Of a stretch of DNA of 64,000 nucleotides, positions 19,324-29,357 are shown piece after piece. The notes under the pieces were generated by a model. It did not search any database. It was given only the letters and a program-made list of their open reading frames with translations, and had not been told where the DNA came from. The stretch lies in assembly GCA_965662235.1 (NCBI GenBank), contig CBFIGY010000001.1, positions 64,001 to 128,000 of the forward strand. The letters run 5' to 3'. Source of the stretch: an uncultured bacterium (GTDB taxonomy: Bacteria; SAR324; NAC60-12). Each line of letters opens with the position of its first letter. Positions within the stretch are counted from its first letter, which is position 1. Position numbers and translations under genes: made by a program.

Positions 19324-20114
19324 GTGAACACCGACGCGGCATTGGAGAAACGCTGCTCAGCGTGGACCACATCAGCCTGTCTTTCGGAGGCGTGAACGCG
19401 CTCACCGACATCAGCCTTTCCGTCCGCAAGCACGAAATCTTTTCCATCATTGGTCCCAACGGAGCTGGAAAGACGTCGATGCTCAACGTCATCAACGGCT
19501 TCTACCATCCACAAGAGGGTGCCATTACCTTCAGGGGCACCCACCGGAAGCGCATGCGTCCTTACGAGGCTGCCAAGCAGGGCATTGCCCGGACCTTCCA
19601 AAACGTGGCGCTCTTCAAGGGCATGAGCACACTGGACAACATCATGTCCGGACGGTTGCTGAAGATGCGGCGCAACATCTTCTGGCAGGCGCTGCACCTG
19701 GGTCCTGCCCGAGAGGAAGAGCTGGTGCACCGGCAGAAGGTGGAAGAGATCATCGACTTCCTAGAAATCCAAGCCATCCGGAAGATTCCGGTCGGGCGCC
19801 TTCCTTATGGGCTGCAGAAACGGGTGGAGCTGGGACGCGCGCTCGCCATGGAACCTGACCTGCTTCTGCTCGACGAGCCCATGGCAGGCATGAACGTCGA
19901 GGAAAAGCAGGACATGTGTCGCTTCATCCTCGACATCAGTGAAGAGTACGGCACCACAATGGTGCTCATCGAACATGACATGGGGGTCGTGATGGACATT
20001 TCAGACCGAGTGGCGGTTTTGGACTACGGTCGCAAGATCGCTGACGGCCCGCCCGACGAAGTCCGCTCCAACCAAGAGGTGATTGACGCCTACCTGGGTG
20101 TCAGCCACGACTGA
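19320..20114 (+). CDS. LIV/HAAT-family ABC ATPase (LivG-like)
   Basis: GPNGAGKT, IARTFQN, LLLDEP, IEHDM. Confidence 0.92.
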   Translation: MSEHRRGIGETLLSVDHISLSFGGVNALTDISLSVRKHEIFSIIGPNGAGKTSMLNVINGFYHPQEGAITFRGTHRKRMRPYEAAKQGIARTFQNVALFKGMSTLDNIMSGRLLKMRRNIFWQALHLGPAREEELVHRQKVEEIIDFLEIQAIRKIPVGRLPYGLQKRVELGRALAMEPDLLLLDEPMAGMNVEEKQDMCRFILDISEEYGTTMVLIEHDMGVVMDISDRVAVLDYGRKIADGPPDEVRSNQEVIDAYLGVSHD

Positions 20115-20134
20115 GCCCAGGAACGGAGACTTTT

Positions 20135-21064
20135 ATGGAATTGCTGTTTTTTTTCGAAACCCTCATCAGCGGCCTCATGGCGGGAGTGATGTACTCCCTA
20201 GTGGCGCTGGGCTTTGTGCTCATCTTCAAGGCGTCCGGGGTCTTCAACTTCTCACAGGGGGTCCTCTGCCTGTTTGCCGCCCTGGCCCTGTTTGACTTCA
20301 TCTCTGAAGATGGATGGGTTTATGCGTTGTTCGGGTTCACCCTTCCGGTCTGGCTCGGCATCCTCCTGACGGTGGTCGTCATGATTGGAGTCGCTTGGCT
20401 CATCGAGCGACTGGTGCTCCGGCACCTCGTCAATCAGGATCCGATCATCCTCTTCATGGCGACCATTGGACTGGCCTATGTTCTTGAGGGGGTCGGTGAC
20501 ATCCTCTTTGGTTCCGACGTAAAGCCCCTGGACATCGGACTGCCGCAAGGCGCCTCAGACTTTCTGCTTGATAACTACGGACTGTACATTGAGAAGCTCG
20601 AGGTGGTGGCAGCCATCACCGCTGCAGTCTTGGTGGCCGTCTTGGCGGTGTTCTTCCAAAAGACACGAATCGGCCGGGCCTTGCGGGCTGTTGCCGATGA
20701 CCACCAAGCGGCTCTTTCCGTGGGCATCTCCCTCAACGCCATCTGGGTCATCGTCTGGTCAGTCGCGGGCATTGTCGCACTGGTTGCCGGCATCATGTGG
20801 GGCTCGAAATCGGGCGTGCAGTTCTCTCTCTCCCTCATTGCCCTCAAGGCGTTACCCGTTCTGATCCTCGGAGGCTTCACTTCGGTGCCAGGGGCCATCA
20901 TTGGAGGGCTCATCATCGGAGTGGGCGAAAAACTCGCTGAAATCTACGCGGGACCCTATGTAGGCGGCGCGCTGGAGAACTGGTTTGCCTACATGCTCGC
21001 CTTGGCCTTCCTGCTGTTCCGTCCCCAAGGACTCTTTGGGGAGCGCATCATTGAACGGGTCTGA
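20135..21064 (+). CDS. LIV/HAAT-family permease (LivH-like)
   Basis: Multi-TM; YSLVALG, GRALRAVADD, RPQGLFG. Confidence 0.92.
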   Translation: MELLFFFETLISGLMAGVMYSLVALGFVLIFKASGVFNFSQGVLCLFAALALFDFISEDGWVYALFGFTLPVWLGILLTVVVMIGVAWLIERLVLRHLVNQDPIILFMATIGLAYVLEGVGDILFGSDVKPLDIGLPQGASDFLLDNYGLYIEKLEVVAAITAAVLVAVLAVFFQKTRIGRALRAVADDHQAALSVGISLNAIWVIVWSVAGIVALVAGIMWGSKSGVQFSLSLIALKALPVLILGGFTSVPGAIIGGLIIGVGEKLAEIYAGPYVGGALENWFAYMLALAFLLFRPQGLFGERIIERV

Positions 21065-21067
21065 ATC

Positions 21068-22144
21068 ATGATCTACCGAGAATCTGGACAGTTCAAATCC
21101 AGCTACAGTGATGACCAGGCGATCTTTCCGATCTTTCAGGACCGGGTCTTCCTCAGCCTGATGGCGGTGCTTGCCGTGGCCGGAGTGCCGATGCTGATTG
21201 ATGACTACTGGGCCAATGCCGTCTTCATTCCTCTGCTGGTCTTCACGCTTGCGGCCATTGGCCTCAACATCCTCACCGGATACTGCGGTCAGCTCAGCCT
21301 GGGCACCGGCGCCTTCATGGCGGTTGGCGCCTATGCGACCTACAAGCTGATGACGGCCTTTCCGGACATGAATTTCATTCTCATCGTCATCCTCTCTGGA
21401 TTTGTCACTGCCGGTGTTGGAGTGCTCTTTGGGTTGCCTTCGTTGCGCATCAAGGGCTTCTACCTGGCTGTGGCCACACTCGCGGCTCAGTTCTTCTTAG
21501 TGTGGCTGTTCAACAAGGTGGGCTGGTTCTTCAACTACAACGCCACCGGTCAGATTAATGCCACCCGGATGGAAGTCTTTGGCATACAGATCACCGGACC
21601 TGAAGCCACCCCGGAGGCACGGTACCTCTTCTGCCTGTTCTTTGCGCTCGTCTTTGCGCTGGTCGCCAAGAACCTTGTCCGGGGCCGCATTGGTCGTTCC
21701 TGGATGGCCATCCGGGACATGGACATTGCCGCGGAGTTGATCGGCATCCGCCCACTGCATACCAAGCTGTCCGCCTTTGCCGTCAGCTCCTTTTACGTCG
21801 GCATGGCGGGGTCGCTGTACTTTTCGGTCTGGTTGGGTGCTGCTGAGGTCACAGAAGCCTTCAGCATCAACCAATCCTTCTATGTCCTCTTCATGATCAT
21901 CATCGGTGGACTGGGAACCGTGCTGGGCTCCTTCCTCGGAGCCGCCTTCATGGTCCTCATGCCCATTTTGCTGAAAAACTTCCTTGTCGGTGGCATTGGC
22001 GTGGAGGTTGTGACCGCAAAGCACGTTGAGATCATGGTCATGGGCATCTTGATTGTCACCTTCTTGATCGTCGAGCCTCACGGACTTGCGCGGCTCTGGC
22101 AGATCATGAAAGAAAAGCTTCGCCTCTGGCCGTTTCCCTACTGA
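21068..22144 (+). CDS. LIV/HAAT-family permease (LivM-like)
   Basis: GLNILTGYCGQLSLG, GFYLAVATLA, AIRD, EPHGL. Confidence 0.92.
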   Translation: MIYRESGQFKSSYSDDQAIFPIFQDRVFLSLMAVLAVAGVPMLIDDYWANAVFIPLLVFTLAAIGLNILTGYCGQLSLGTGAFMAVGAYATYKLMTAFPDMNFILIVILSGFVTAGVGVLFGLPSLRIKGFYLAVATLAAQFFLVWLFNKVGWFFNYNATGQINATRMEVFGIQITGPEATPEARYLFCLFFALVFALVAKNLVRGRIGRSWMAIRDMDIAAELIGIRPLHTKLSAFAVSSFYVGMAGSLYFSVWLGAAEVTEAFSINQSFYVLFMIIIGGLGTVLGSFLGAAFMVLMPILLKNFLVGGIGVEVVTAKHVEIMVMGILIVTFLIVEPHGLARLWQIMKEKLRLWPFPY

Positions 22145-22187
22145 GGGAGCGGGAGGGGAAGCGCAACCTTCCTTAGGAGAGAAAACC

Positions 22188-23510
22188 ATGAACCTGAAGC
22201 AGCGATTCCTGCGGGTTGCTCTGGCGACGGTCGCCCTGCCGCTTACGCTGGTAAGTGCCCACGCCTACGAGCTGGTGGTCCCGAGCCTCGACTACCGTAC
22301 CGGTCCGTATGCCCCGAATGGCATTCCGGTCGCCAATGGCTTTGCCGACTACTTCACGCTCCTCAATGAGCGAGACGGTGGCATCAACGGGGTGCCCGTC
22401 AAGTTGGTCCCCTGCGAAACCGCCTACAACACCCAGCAAGGGGTGGAGTGCTACGAAAACACCAAGAACACCCCTCCGTCCGGAGCGTTGGTGTACAACC
22501 CCCTCTCCACTGGAATCACCTATCAGCTGATTCCCAAAGCGAGCGTGGACCAAATCCCCGTCCTTTCCCTTGGATACGGACGCACCTCTGCTGCCAACGG
22601 GAAGGTCTTCCCCTGGGTCTTCAACTTCCCCGGCACCTACTGGGACGGCGCCTCCATCTTCATCAAGTACATTGGTGAAAAAGAAGGCGGCATGAACAAC
22701 CTCCGCGGCAAGAAGATCGCGCTGGTCTACCACAACTCCGCCTACGGGAAGGAGCCCATCCGGACTCTGGAAGCCCTGGCCAGCAAGCACGGCTTTGAGC
22801 TGCAACTGCTGCCGGTGGATCACCCTGGACAGGAGCAGAAGGCCACGTGGCTGCAGGTCCGTCGTGGACGCCCGGACTGGGTCCTGATGTGGGGCTGGGG
22901 CGTGATGAACCAGGTGGCCATCAAGGAAGCCGCCTCCGTTCGCTTCCCCATGGACCGCTTCATCGGCATCTGGTGGTCCGGATCCGAGAATGACGTTCTG
23001 CCCGCTGGTGCAGACGCAGACGGCTACCTCTCCGGAGCCTTCACCGCGCCGCGCCGCGACTTCCCGCTCTTCGATGAAATCCGAACCCTCGTCTATGACA
23101 CGGGCAAGGGCGCGGGTGAGCGAGACCGCATCGGTGAGGTCCTCTACGGACGAGGCGTCCTGCAGGCGGTCTATGTCGCTGAGGCCATCCGCAAGGCCAT
23201 GGAAATCCACGGCACCAAGGAGATCCGCGGCACCCACATGCGTGATGGTCTGGAGCAACTTTCCATCTCCGCAGCACGCTGGACGGAGCTGGGGCTGAAA
23301 GGCTTCGCTTCTCCCGTCAGCATCTCCTGCGCCAACCATGCGGGTCCGCGGGAAGCCGCTGTGCAGCAGTGGGATGCCAAGGCACAGCAGTGGAACCTGG
23401 TGACGGAGTTCATGACGCCAGACCTTGCTGTGGTTGATCCGCTGATTGAGCAGGACTCCATGGCGTATGCCAACGAAAATGGCATCGCGCCCAAGAGCAA
23501 CTGCATGTAA
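22188..23510 (+). CDS. HAAT-family substrate-binding protein
   Basis: Signal peptide; YRTGPYA, NERDGGING, CETAY; operon context. Confidence 0.9.
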   Translation: MNLKQRFLRVALATVALPLTLVSAHAYELVVPSLDYRTGPYAPNGIPVANGFADYFTLLNERDGGINGVPVKLVPCETAYNTQQGVECYENTKNTPPSGALVYNPLSTGITYQLIPKASVDQIPVLSLGYGRTSAANGKVFPWVFNFPGTYWDGASIFIKYIGEKEGGMNNLRGKKIALVYHNSAYGKEPIRTLEALASKHGFELQLLPVDHPGQEQKATWLQVRRGRPDWVLMWGWGVMNQVAIKEAASVRFPMDRFIGIWWSGSENDVLPAGADADGYLSGAFTAPRRDFPLFDEIRTLVYDTGKGAGERDRIGEVLYGRGVLQAVYVAEAIRKAMEIHGTKEIRGTHMRDGLEQLSISAARWTELGLKGFASPVSISCANHAGPREAAVQQWDAKAQQWNLVTEFMTPDLAVVDPLIEQDSMAYANENGIAPKSNCM

Positions 23511-23517
23511 CCCCGTC

Positions 23518-23537
23518 TCGGAGCCTCCGGGCTCCGA
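23518..23537 (+). other. Intergenic stem-loop after the binding-protein gene
   Basis: TCGGAGCC-TCCG-GGCTCCGA; typical position for an mRNA-stabilising hairpin. Confidence 0.5.
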
Positions 23538-23561
23538 AACACCTCCGAAGCCAATGAGCCC

Positions 23562-24389
23562 ATGAGTGCTGCTCCCCAAGCCGCGACGTCGACCCTGCTC
23601 TCGGTGAACAACATCGAGGTCATCTACAACCACGTCATCCTGGTCCTCAAGGGGGTCTCCTTAGAGGTCCCTCAGGGAAGCATTGTTGCGCTCTTGGGCG
23701 CCAACGGCGCCGGAAAGACCACCACCCTCAAGGCCATCTCCAACCTGCTCCGTGCGGAACGGGGGGAGGTCACCAAGGGGTCCATTGAGTTTGAGGGCAG
23801 CCGCGTGGATGCCCTCACACCCAATGACCTGGTCCGGCGAGGCTGCATTCAGGTCATGGAGGGGCGGCACGTGTTCGGGCACCTGACCACTGAAGAGAAC
23901 CTGCTCACCGGTGCCTACACCCGTCGTGACGGACGAGGTGCCATTGCGCAGGACCTTGAGATGGTCTACGACTACTTCCCACGCCTCCGGGTCCGCCGCT
24001 CGTCTCAAGCCGGATACACCTCTGGAGGAGAGCAGCAGATGATCGCAATTGGACGGGCCCTGATGTCCCGGCCCAAGATGATTCTGCTGGATGAGCCGTC
24101 AATGGGGTTGGCTCCTCAGCTGGTTGAGGAAATCTTTGAGATTGTGAAGAGTCTCAATGAGAAGGAGGGGGTCAGCTTTCTTCTGGCAGAGCAGAACACG
24201 AACATTGCCCTGCGGTACTCCACCTACGGCTACATCCTCGAAAATGGCCGCGTGGTCATGGATGGGGAAGGCGCCCACCTGAGGGAGAATGATGACGTTA
24301 AAGAGTTTTATCTGGGAGTGAGCGGCGACGGTCGCAAGAGCTTCCGGGATGTGAAACACTACCGACGCCGCAAGCGCTGGCTCGGTTAG
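23562..24389 (+). CDS. LIV/HAAT-family ABC ATPase (LivF-like)
   Basis: GANGAGKTT, SGGEQQM, LLDEPSMGLAP. Confidence 0.92.
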   Translation: MSAAPQAATSTLLSVNNIEVIYNHVILVLKGVSLEVPQGSIVALLGANGAGKTTTLKAISNLLRAERGEVTKGSIEFEGSRVDALTPNDLVRRGCIQVMEGRHVFGHLTTEENLLTGAYTRRDGRGAIAQDLEMVYDYFPRLRVRRSSQAGYTSGGEQQMIAIGRALMSRPKMILLDEPSMGLAPQLVEEIFEIVKSLNEKEGVSFLLAEQNTNIALRYSTYGYILENGRVVMDGEGAHLRENDDVKEFYLGVSGDGRKSFRDVKHYRRRKRWLG

Positions 24390-25156
24390 GCCGCCTGCCG
24401 AACCGTCAGTTCCGCCTCTAGGTCATTCCAGAAGCGCAACCGTGCTTCCAGTGCCCGTTGGGCCGCCCGCTGGGCTTCCTGCCACTTCCATTCATCAGCC
24501 CCACACACCCGCTTCAGCATCGCCTGCGCCATCGGCCCATGCCGTTCTTCGTCGTGGTGAATGTGCTCATCTAGGTAATGCCGAAAGAGTCCCCAGCGTT
24601 CCGGATTCGACTCGGCCAGCTGCCCAACCAGCTTCTGGAACATTCCCGGAATGATGTCTTCCCGTCCAAAGGCGAAGGCAGCAACGGCCTCATGCAGCTT
24701 TCCCCCTGCAATGATCTCAAAGGTTGTCCGCATGAACGCGACTGCGCCAACCGGAAGGTCCTGCTGATCCAGCAACTCGAGAATCGGAGTCCCTGAAGCC
24801 ACCTGCGCCAGGAAGGCGTCAATGGGCGCACAGTCGGCCCCGGCCTTGCGCATCGCGTCCCGGTACAGCTCAAAGTGCGAGGCATACCCGCCTTCCGGAT
24901 GAGGCGCGCTCTCCTCATCCAGCACAATTTCGTTGATCAGGCGACGGGCCTCCGTATCCGCTGTCGGTTGCCACGGCACTGTCACTCCGGTCAGCTGCAT
25001 CTGCAACGCCTTCAGCAGAGACTGGAAGTCCCACACGGAAAACACGTGGGAGCGCATGAAGTGCTGAAGCTGAGCTTCGTTGGTGACGGTCTGGTAAACG
25101 GGGTGCTCAAACAGCTGCGCCTTTACGGCATTCAGGTCTAGGTCCATTGCGGTCAC
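24386..25156 (-). CDS. DUF3050-like heme-oxygenase-fold protein
   Basis: HVFSVWDFQSLLKALQ, RLINEIVLDEES, SHFELY, FAFGRED.IP, HIHHDEERHGP. Confidence 0.75.
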   Translation of the reverse strand: MTAMDLDLNAVKAQLFEHPVYQTVTNEAQLQHFMRSHVFSVWDFQSLLKALQMQLTGVTVPWQPTADTEARRLINEIVLDEESAPHPEGGYASHFELYRDAMRKAGADCAPIDAFLAQVASGTPILELLDQQDLPVGAVAFMRTTFEIIAGGKLHEAVAAFAFGREDIIPGMFQKLVGQLAESNPERWGLFRHYLDEHIHHDEERHGPMAQAMLKRVCGADEWKWQEAQRAAQRALEARLRFWNDLEAELTVRQAA

Positions 25157-25920
25157 GTTCCATCAAGAGAGGCAAGAAAGGCATCAATTTCATGCAGAAC
25201 CACGTCTGCAACACTCTCCAGCAGTAAAACATGCCCTGCTTCGGGAAACCAGCGAATCTGCTTCATTCCAGAGGAGACCCGTTGCAGGAGCTTTGCTGCA
25301 AACGCAGGGGCCACGGTGGTGTCCTGCCCGCCTTGGAAGACCAGCAGGGGCTGCTGAAGCCGGGGCAGGTTTCCCCAAACCTCTCCCTGCAGGCGAACCA
25401 ACTCACAGCCCGCCCGGAGGGGATTCACCGCATACCCTTGCCATCCAGACTCCTCCTTGCTGGACGCCTGCTTCGGAACCGACTCCACAAAAGGCGCCGC
25501 CGCAAACATCAGCCCCTGCTCCCACCAGGGACGAGCGAGCCGTAACGCGGGCGCCAGCACAACCACAGCCCGGATCTCCGGATGCCGGGTCGCCAGGTCC
25601 AGCGACAGCAACCCACCGGCGGACTCACCGATCAGAATCACGTGGTCGCACTGGGCCCGCAGAGCGTCATATTCACGCTGCACCGCCTGCTGCCAGTCTC
25701 GTCGGGTGGTCCGGTTCAGGTCTGCAGGCGTGGTGCCGTGTCCTGGAAGCAAGGGGCCACGGACGCTCCAGCCCTGCTGGTGCAGGTGTTCTGCAAGGGC
25801 CCGGACCTCTACTGGGGTCGCCGTCAGTCCATGCAGCAGCAGAGCCCCCTGGCGCCCGCCTTCCAACACAATGGGGCGGCCGTCCAGTTCCGGGTGAATG
25901 AGGGAGGAATGGTGTGTCAC
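25153..25920 (-). CDS. Alpha/beta hydrolase (carboxylesterase-like)
   Basis: LLLHG, LPGHG, G-E-S-A-G nucleophile elbow, D and H of the triad (QDTTV, AGH). Confidence 0.88.
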   Translation of the reverse strand: MTHHSSLIHPELDGRPIVLEGGRQGALLLHGLTATPVEVRALAEHLHQQGWSVRGPLLPGHGTTPADLNRTTRRDWQQAVQREYDALRAQCDHVILIGESAGGLLSLDLATRHPEIRAVVVLAPALRLARPWWEQGLMFAAAPFVESVPKQASSKEESGWQGYAVNPLRAGCELVRLQGEVWGNLPRLQQPLLVFQGGQDTTVAPAFAAKLLQRVSSGMKQIRWFPEAGHVLLLESVADVVLHEIDAFLASLDGT

Positions 25921-25935
25921 AGGTTTCCGTTTTGG

Positions 25936-26118
25936 CTAACGTGACCCCAACCAGGTCACCAGAGCAACCAGTCCCAACAGGCAAAGCCCAATCCCCAGCG
26001 AAACGACGCTGATGGCAAATTCGGCACTGTCGGGGTCTGTTACAAAAAGCAGGATGAAGGAGGTTCCGGCCACAAACCATCCGGCTCGAAAGAAGGCCTT
26101 CAGGAGGTCAGGGGCCAT
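25936..26118 (-). CDS. Small two-TM membrane protein
   Basis: 60 aa with two hydrophobic helices; start overlaps the end of the upstream ATPase. Confidence 0.6.
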   Translation of the reverse strand: MAPDLLKAFFRAGWFVAGTSFILLFVTDPDSAEFAISVVSLGIGLCLLGLVALVTWLGSR

Positions 26119-27133
26119 CGTCTTGAGGAGGAGAGGCAAACCGCTGCAGGGCCTGTCCACGGAGCAGGGGCGCACACGCAACCTGCACCTGGTGCCCCGG
26201 AGGCGCCGCCAGCTGCGGAACGTCCTGATCGCACACCCCGGGAACGTACCACGGGCAACGCGGATGGAAGGTGCATCCGGACGGCAGCTCCGTGAGTCGT
26301 GGAATGTCCTCGCTCCGGAGCCGGATGTGCTGCTTGTTCCGGGTCTTCTCTGGGTCCGGTTCCGGAATTGCCGAAAGGAGGACCTGGGTGTAGGGGTGCT
26401 GCGGTTGCGCGATCAGTTCCGGAGTTGCCCCCACCTCCACAATCCGTCCCAGGTACATGACCGCAATCTGCCCTTCCCAGGCAAAGTACTTGGCCAGGGC
26501 CAGGTCATGAGTGATGAAAACAATGGTCACCCCCAGCTCATCCCGAAGCCGCATCATCATCTGCAACAGGCCAATCCGGATCGAAACGTCCACCATGCTG
26601 ACCGACTCATCGGCCACAATCAGCGAGGGATTGGTCGTGAGCGCCCGAGCAATGCTGACCCGCTGACGCTGGCCACCACTGAGCTGGTAAGGGTACTTGT
26701 CAATCACATCAGCCACCGGGGTCAGGTCCACCAGCTCCAGCAGCTCCGCGACCCGGTCTCGCGCCGCTTGACGGTTCCGGACCAGCTTGTGGTGCAGCAG
26801 GGGAAAGCTGAGGATCTGGAAAATCGTGTGCACCGGATTCAGGGACGCATAAGGGTCCTGATGAATGATCTGCACCGAGCGACGGTACTCCTTCAGGGCT
26901 GCTGGACTGAGGGTCGTCACGTCTTCTCCCTGAAAGTAGATCTGCCCTTCTGATGGAGGCAGCAGTCCAGCCAAGATCTTGCCGGTGGTCGTCTTGCCGC
27001 AGCCACTTTCCCCGACTAGGCAGAGGAACTTCAGTGGGTTGACCTCCAGCGAGACCTCCTGCAGCACCGGAACCAGCACCTTCCCCTTGCGGAAGGAGCG
27101 AGACACCTTTTCCAGACGCATCAGAGCCGTCAT
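26108..27133 (-). CDS. Opp/Dpp-family ABC ATPase (OppF-like)
   Basis: GESGCGKTT, LSGGQRQR, HPYT, GCTFHPRCP. Confidence 0.92.
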   Translation of the reverse strand: MTALMRLEKVSRSFRKGKVLVPVLQEVSLEVNPLKFLCLVGESGCGKTTTGKILAGLLPPSEGQIYFQGEDVTTLSPAALKEYRRSVQIIHQDPYASLNPVHTIFQILSFPLLHHKLVRNRQAARDRVAELLELVDLTPVADVIDKYPYQLSGGQRQRVSIARALTTNPSLIVADESVSMVDVSIRIGLLQMMMRLRDELGVTIVFITHDLALAKYFAWEGQIAVMYLGRIVEVGATPELIAQPQHPYTQVLLSAIPEPDPEKTRNKQHIRLRSEDIPRLTELPSGCTFHPRCPWYVPGVCDQDVPQLAAPPGHQVQVACAPLLRGQALQRFASPPQDDGP

Positions 27134-28143
27134 GCCGACTCCTTCTGTGCCTGCTTCACCGCTTCCGGATGCCAGCAGGCGACCTGATGTTGGGCCCGTT
27201 GCTGAAGCACGGGAGCCTCACGGTGACAGCGCTCGGACGCAAAGGCGCAGCGTGGGTGAAACTTGCACCCCGGAGGCGGGTCGATCAGGTTTGGGGGCGA
27301 TCCCTTGATGCTGAACAGCTCGTCCTTCCCCGGATCTAGCTTCGGAACCGACGACAGCAGCCCATAGGTGTACGGGTGCTGCGACCGGTAGAACAGTTCA
27401 TGAACGCCGCCTATCTCCACGATCTCTCCTGCATACATGGTCGCAACCGTGTCTGCCATCTCAGCGGCTAGGGAAAGGTCGTGGCTGATGAAGATGATGC
27501 TGAACTGCAGCATCCGTTGCATCTCCCGGAGCACCTCAATCAGCGCCCGCTGCGTCAGAATATCCAAGGCTGTGGTCGGTTCATCCAGAATGACAATCTG
27601 TGGCTGCAGCAGCACCCCCAGCGCCAGCAGGGTCCGTTGCTTCATGCCTCCGCTCAGCTCATGAGGGTACGACTCATACACCCGCTCAGGATCCAGCCGC
27701 ACCAGCTCCAGGAGCCGCAGGGACCGCTTCCGGATCTCCTTGCGGTCCGTCCAGCCATGCGCCTGAGCAGTGTCTTCAAAGTGCTGGGCCACGGTGAGGA
27801 CCGGATTGAACGCATTCTGAGCGCCTTGAAACACCATGGAACAGGCCTGCCAGCGGAAGCTCCGGAGCTGACGGGCACTCAGCTTGAGGACCTCCTGGAG
27901 GTTCTGCTGGTGCTGATGCCGGATGGAGCCTGCCAGGATCTGAGCGTTCTGTGGCAGCTTGCGGATGAGGGAAAGGCTCACCGTTGTCTTGCCGCTTCCA
28001 CTCTCACCAATCAGCGCCAGGGCTTCATTCTGGTGCAGCCGGAAGGACACGTTGTTGGTCGCCAGCACGTTTCCGCGTTCCGCCTGATAGATGATGGAAA
28101 GGGCCTCAACGTCGAGCACGACATTTTCCGGAAGAGCCGACAT
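27130..28143 (-). CDS. Opp/Dpp-family ABC ATPase (OppD-like)
   Basis: GESGSGKTT, YPHELSGGMKQR, DEPTTALD, GCKFHPRC. Confidence 0.92.
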   Translation of the reverse strand: MSALPENVVLDVEALSIIYQAERGNVLATNNVSFRLHQNEALALIGESGSGKTTVSLSLIRKLPQNAQILAGSIRHQHQQNLQEVLKLSARQLRSFRWQACSMVFQGAQNAFNPVLTVAQHFEDTAQAHGWTDRKEIRKRSLRLLELVRLDPERVYESYPHELSGGMKQRTLLALGVLLQPQIVILDEPTTALDILTQRALIEVLREMQRMLQFSIIFISHDLSLAAEMADTVATMYAGEIVEIGGVHELFYRSQHPYTYGLLSSVPKLDPGKDELFSIKGSPPNLIDPPPGCKFHPRCAFASERCHREAPVLQQRAQHQVACWHPEAVKQAQKESA

Positions 28144-28146
28144 GGG

Positions 28147-29355
28147 TTACTTGCCTCGAAGACGGGGGTCAAACAGTTCTTCCAGCGCTCGTGCAAACAG
28201 CACCAGGCACACCTGAAACAGCGCAATCGCCAGCACCGGAGAAAGCGCCATGCTGATGCCATCGGGATTGAACAGCGTCCCCCGCGTGCGTCCAAAGAAG
28301 AGCATGATGCCCCAGGTGTAGTCGTTGATCGGAGCCAGCCCCAGCACCACCAAGCCAATCTGCTCATACATCGCCGAGGTGATCGCAAAGATCAGGTTGA
28401 TGGCCACAAAGCTGATCATGTTGGGGAGGATCTCCCGGAACATGATGTGCGGGGTGCCGAGTCCCAGCGAACGTGCCGCTTCCACAAAGTCTCGTTCTCG
28501 GAGACTCAGGACCTGCGCCCGAATGGCACGCATCAGCGCCGGCCACCCCAAGAGCCCAATCAACACCCCCAGCAGCAGCGTGTTCTCAAACGAAATCAAC
28601 CCGGCCAGCACCACCAGCAACGGAAACCGTGGGATCGCCAAAAACAGGTTCGTCAGCGCCGTCAGCGACTGATCCACCATGCCTCCGAACAGCGCTGCCA
28701 GCGACCCCAAACACACCGCCAGTACCGTGGAGAGAATCCCCCCCAGCAGCGCCGTCAGGATGAGAACCCGTCCTCCGTGGACGATGTGAGACGCAATGTC
28801 CCGTCCCTGCGTGTCTGTTCCCAGCAGCGACACCGGCCCCAAGGTGGGATTGGAGATCACCACGTTTTCCTGAATCAGCTGCTGAAATTCCGGATCCTCC
28901 GCCTGCTGCACCGCCTCTTCCCACGCCTGGGAGAAGATCAGCGTGGCAGCAATCTTCTGGTTGGCCACATCCTTCAGTGCAGCCTCAATTCCGGGCCCAG
29001 AGATGCGACTCCGCCAGCGGTAACGTTTGGCCTTCGGTGGAGTGTCGGTTGTTTCCTGATACGCCTCTAGGAAGAGCTTTCCCCCGGTTTGACTAACAAC
29101 GCCAACGGTTTCTCCTGCGAGGTCCTCTAGGGTCCGGAAGCGTTCCGCATGGTCTCGATGCACCGCAAGCTGCAACCGTGCGCCCGGAGGCGCAGTGATC
29201 TCATCCAGCTTGGGTTGGTCATCAAACGGGACAAAGTAGGGCAGGATGAAGGTGAGGATGAAGTAGGCCACCAAACCCAGCAGACCAATGAAGCCCGCAC
29301 GGTTGGCCCGGATCTGCTGAAAGAGGACGAGGAATCGACGGAGTCCGGATGACAC
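28147..29355 (-). CDS. Opp/Dpp-family permease (OppC-like) with periplasmic insertion
   Basis: LLGTDTQGRD, EAA motif (DFVEAARSLG); about 100 extra residues after TM1. Confidence 0.9.
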   Translation of the reverse strand: MSSGLRRFLVLFQQIRANRAGFIGLLGLVAYFILTFILPYFVPFDDQPKLDEITAPPGARLQLAVHRDHAERFRTLEDLAGETVGVVSQTGGKLFLEAYQETTDTPPKAKRYRWRSRISGPGIEAALKDVANQKIAATLIFSQAWEEAVQQAEDPEFQQLIQENVVISNPTLGPVSLLGTDTQGRDIASHIVHGGRVLILTALLGGILSTVLAVCLGSLAALFGGMVDQSLTALTNLFLAIPRFPLLVVLAGLISFENTLLLGVLIGLLGWPALMRAIRAQVLSLRERDFVEAARSLGLGTPHIMFREILPNMISFVAINLIFAITSAMYEQIGLVVLGLAPINDYTWGIMLFFGRTRGTLFNPDGISMALSPVLAIALFQVCLVLFARALEELFDPRLRGK

Positions 29356-29357
29356 GA

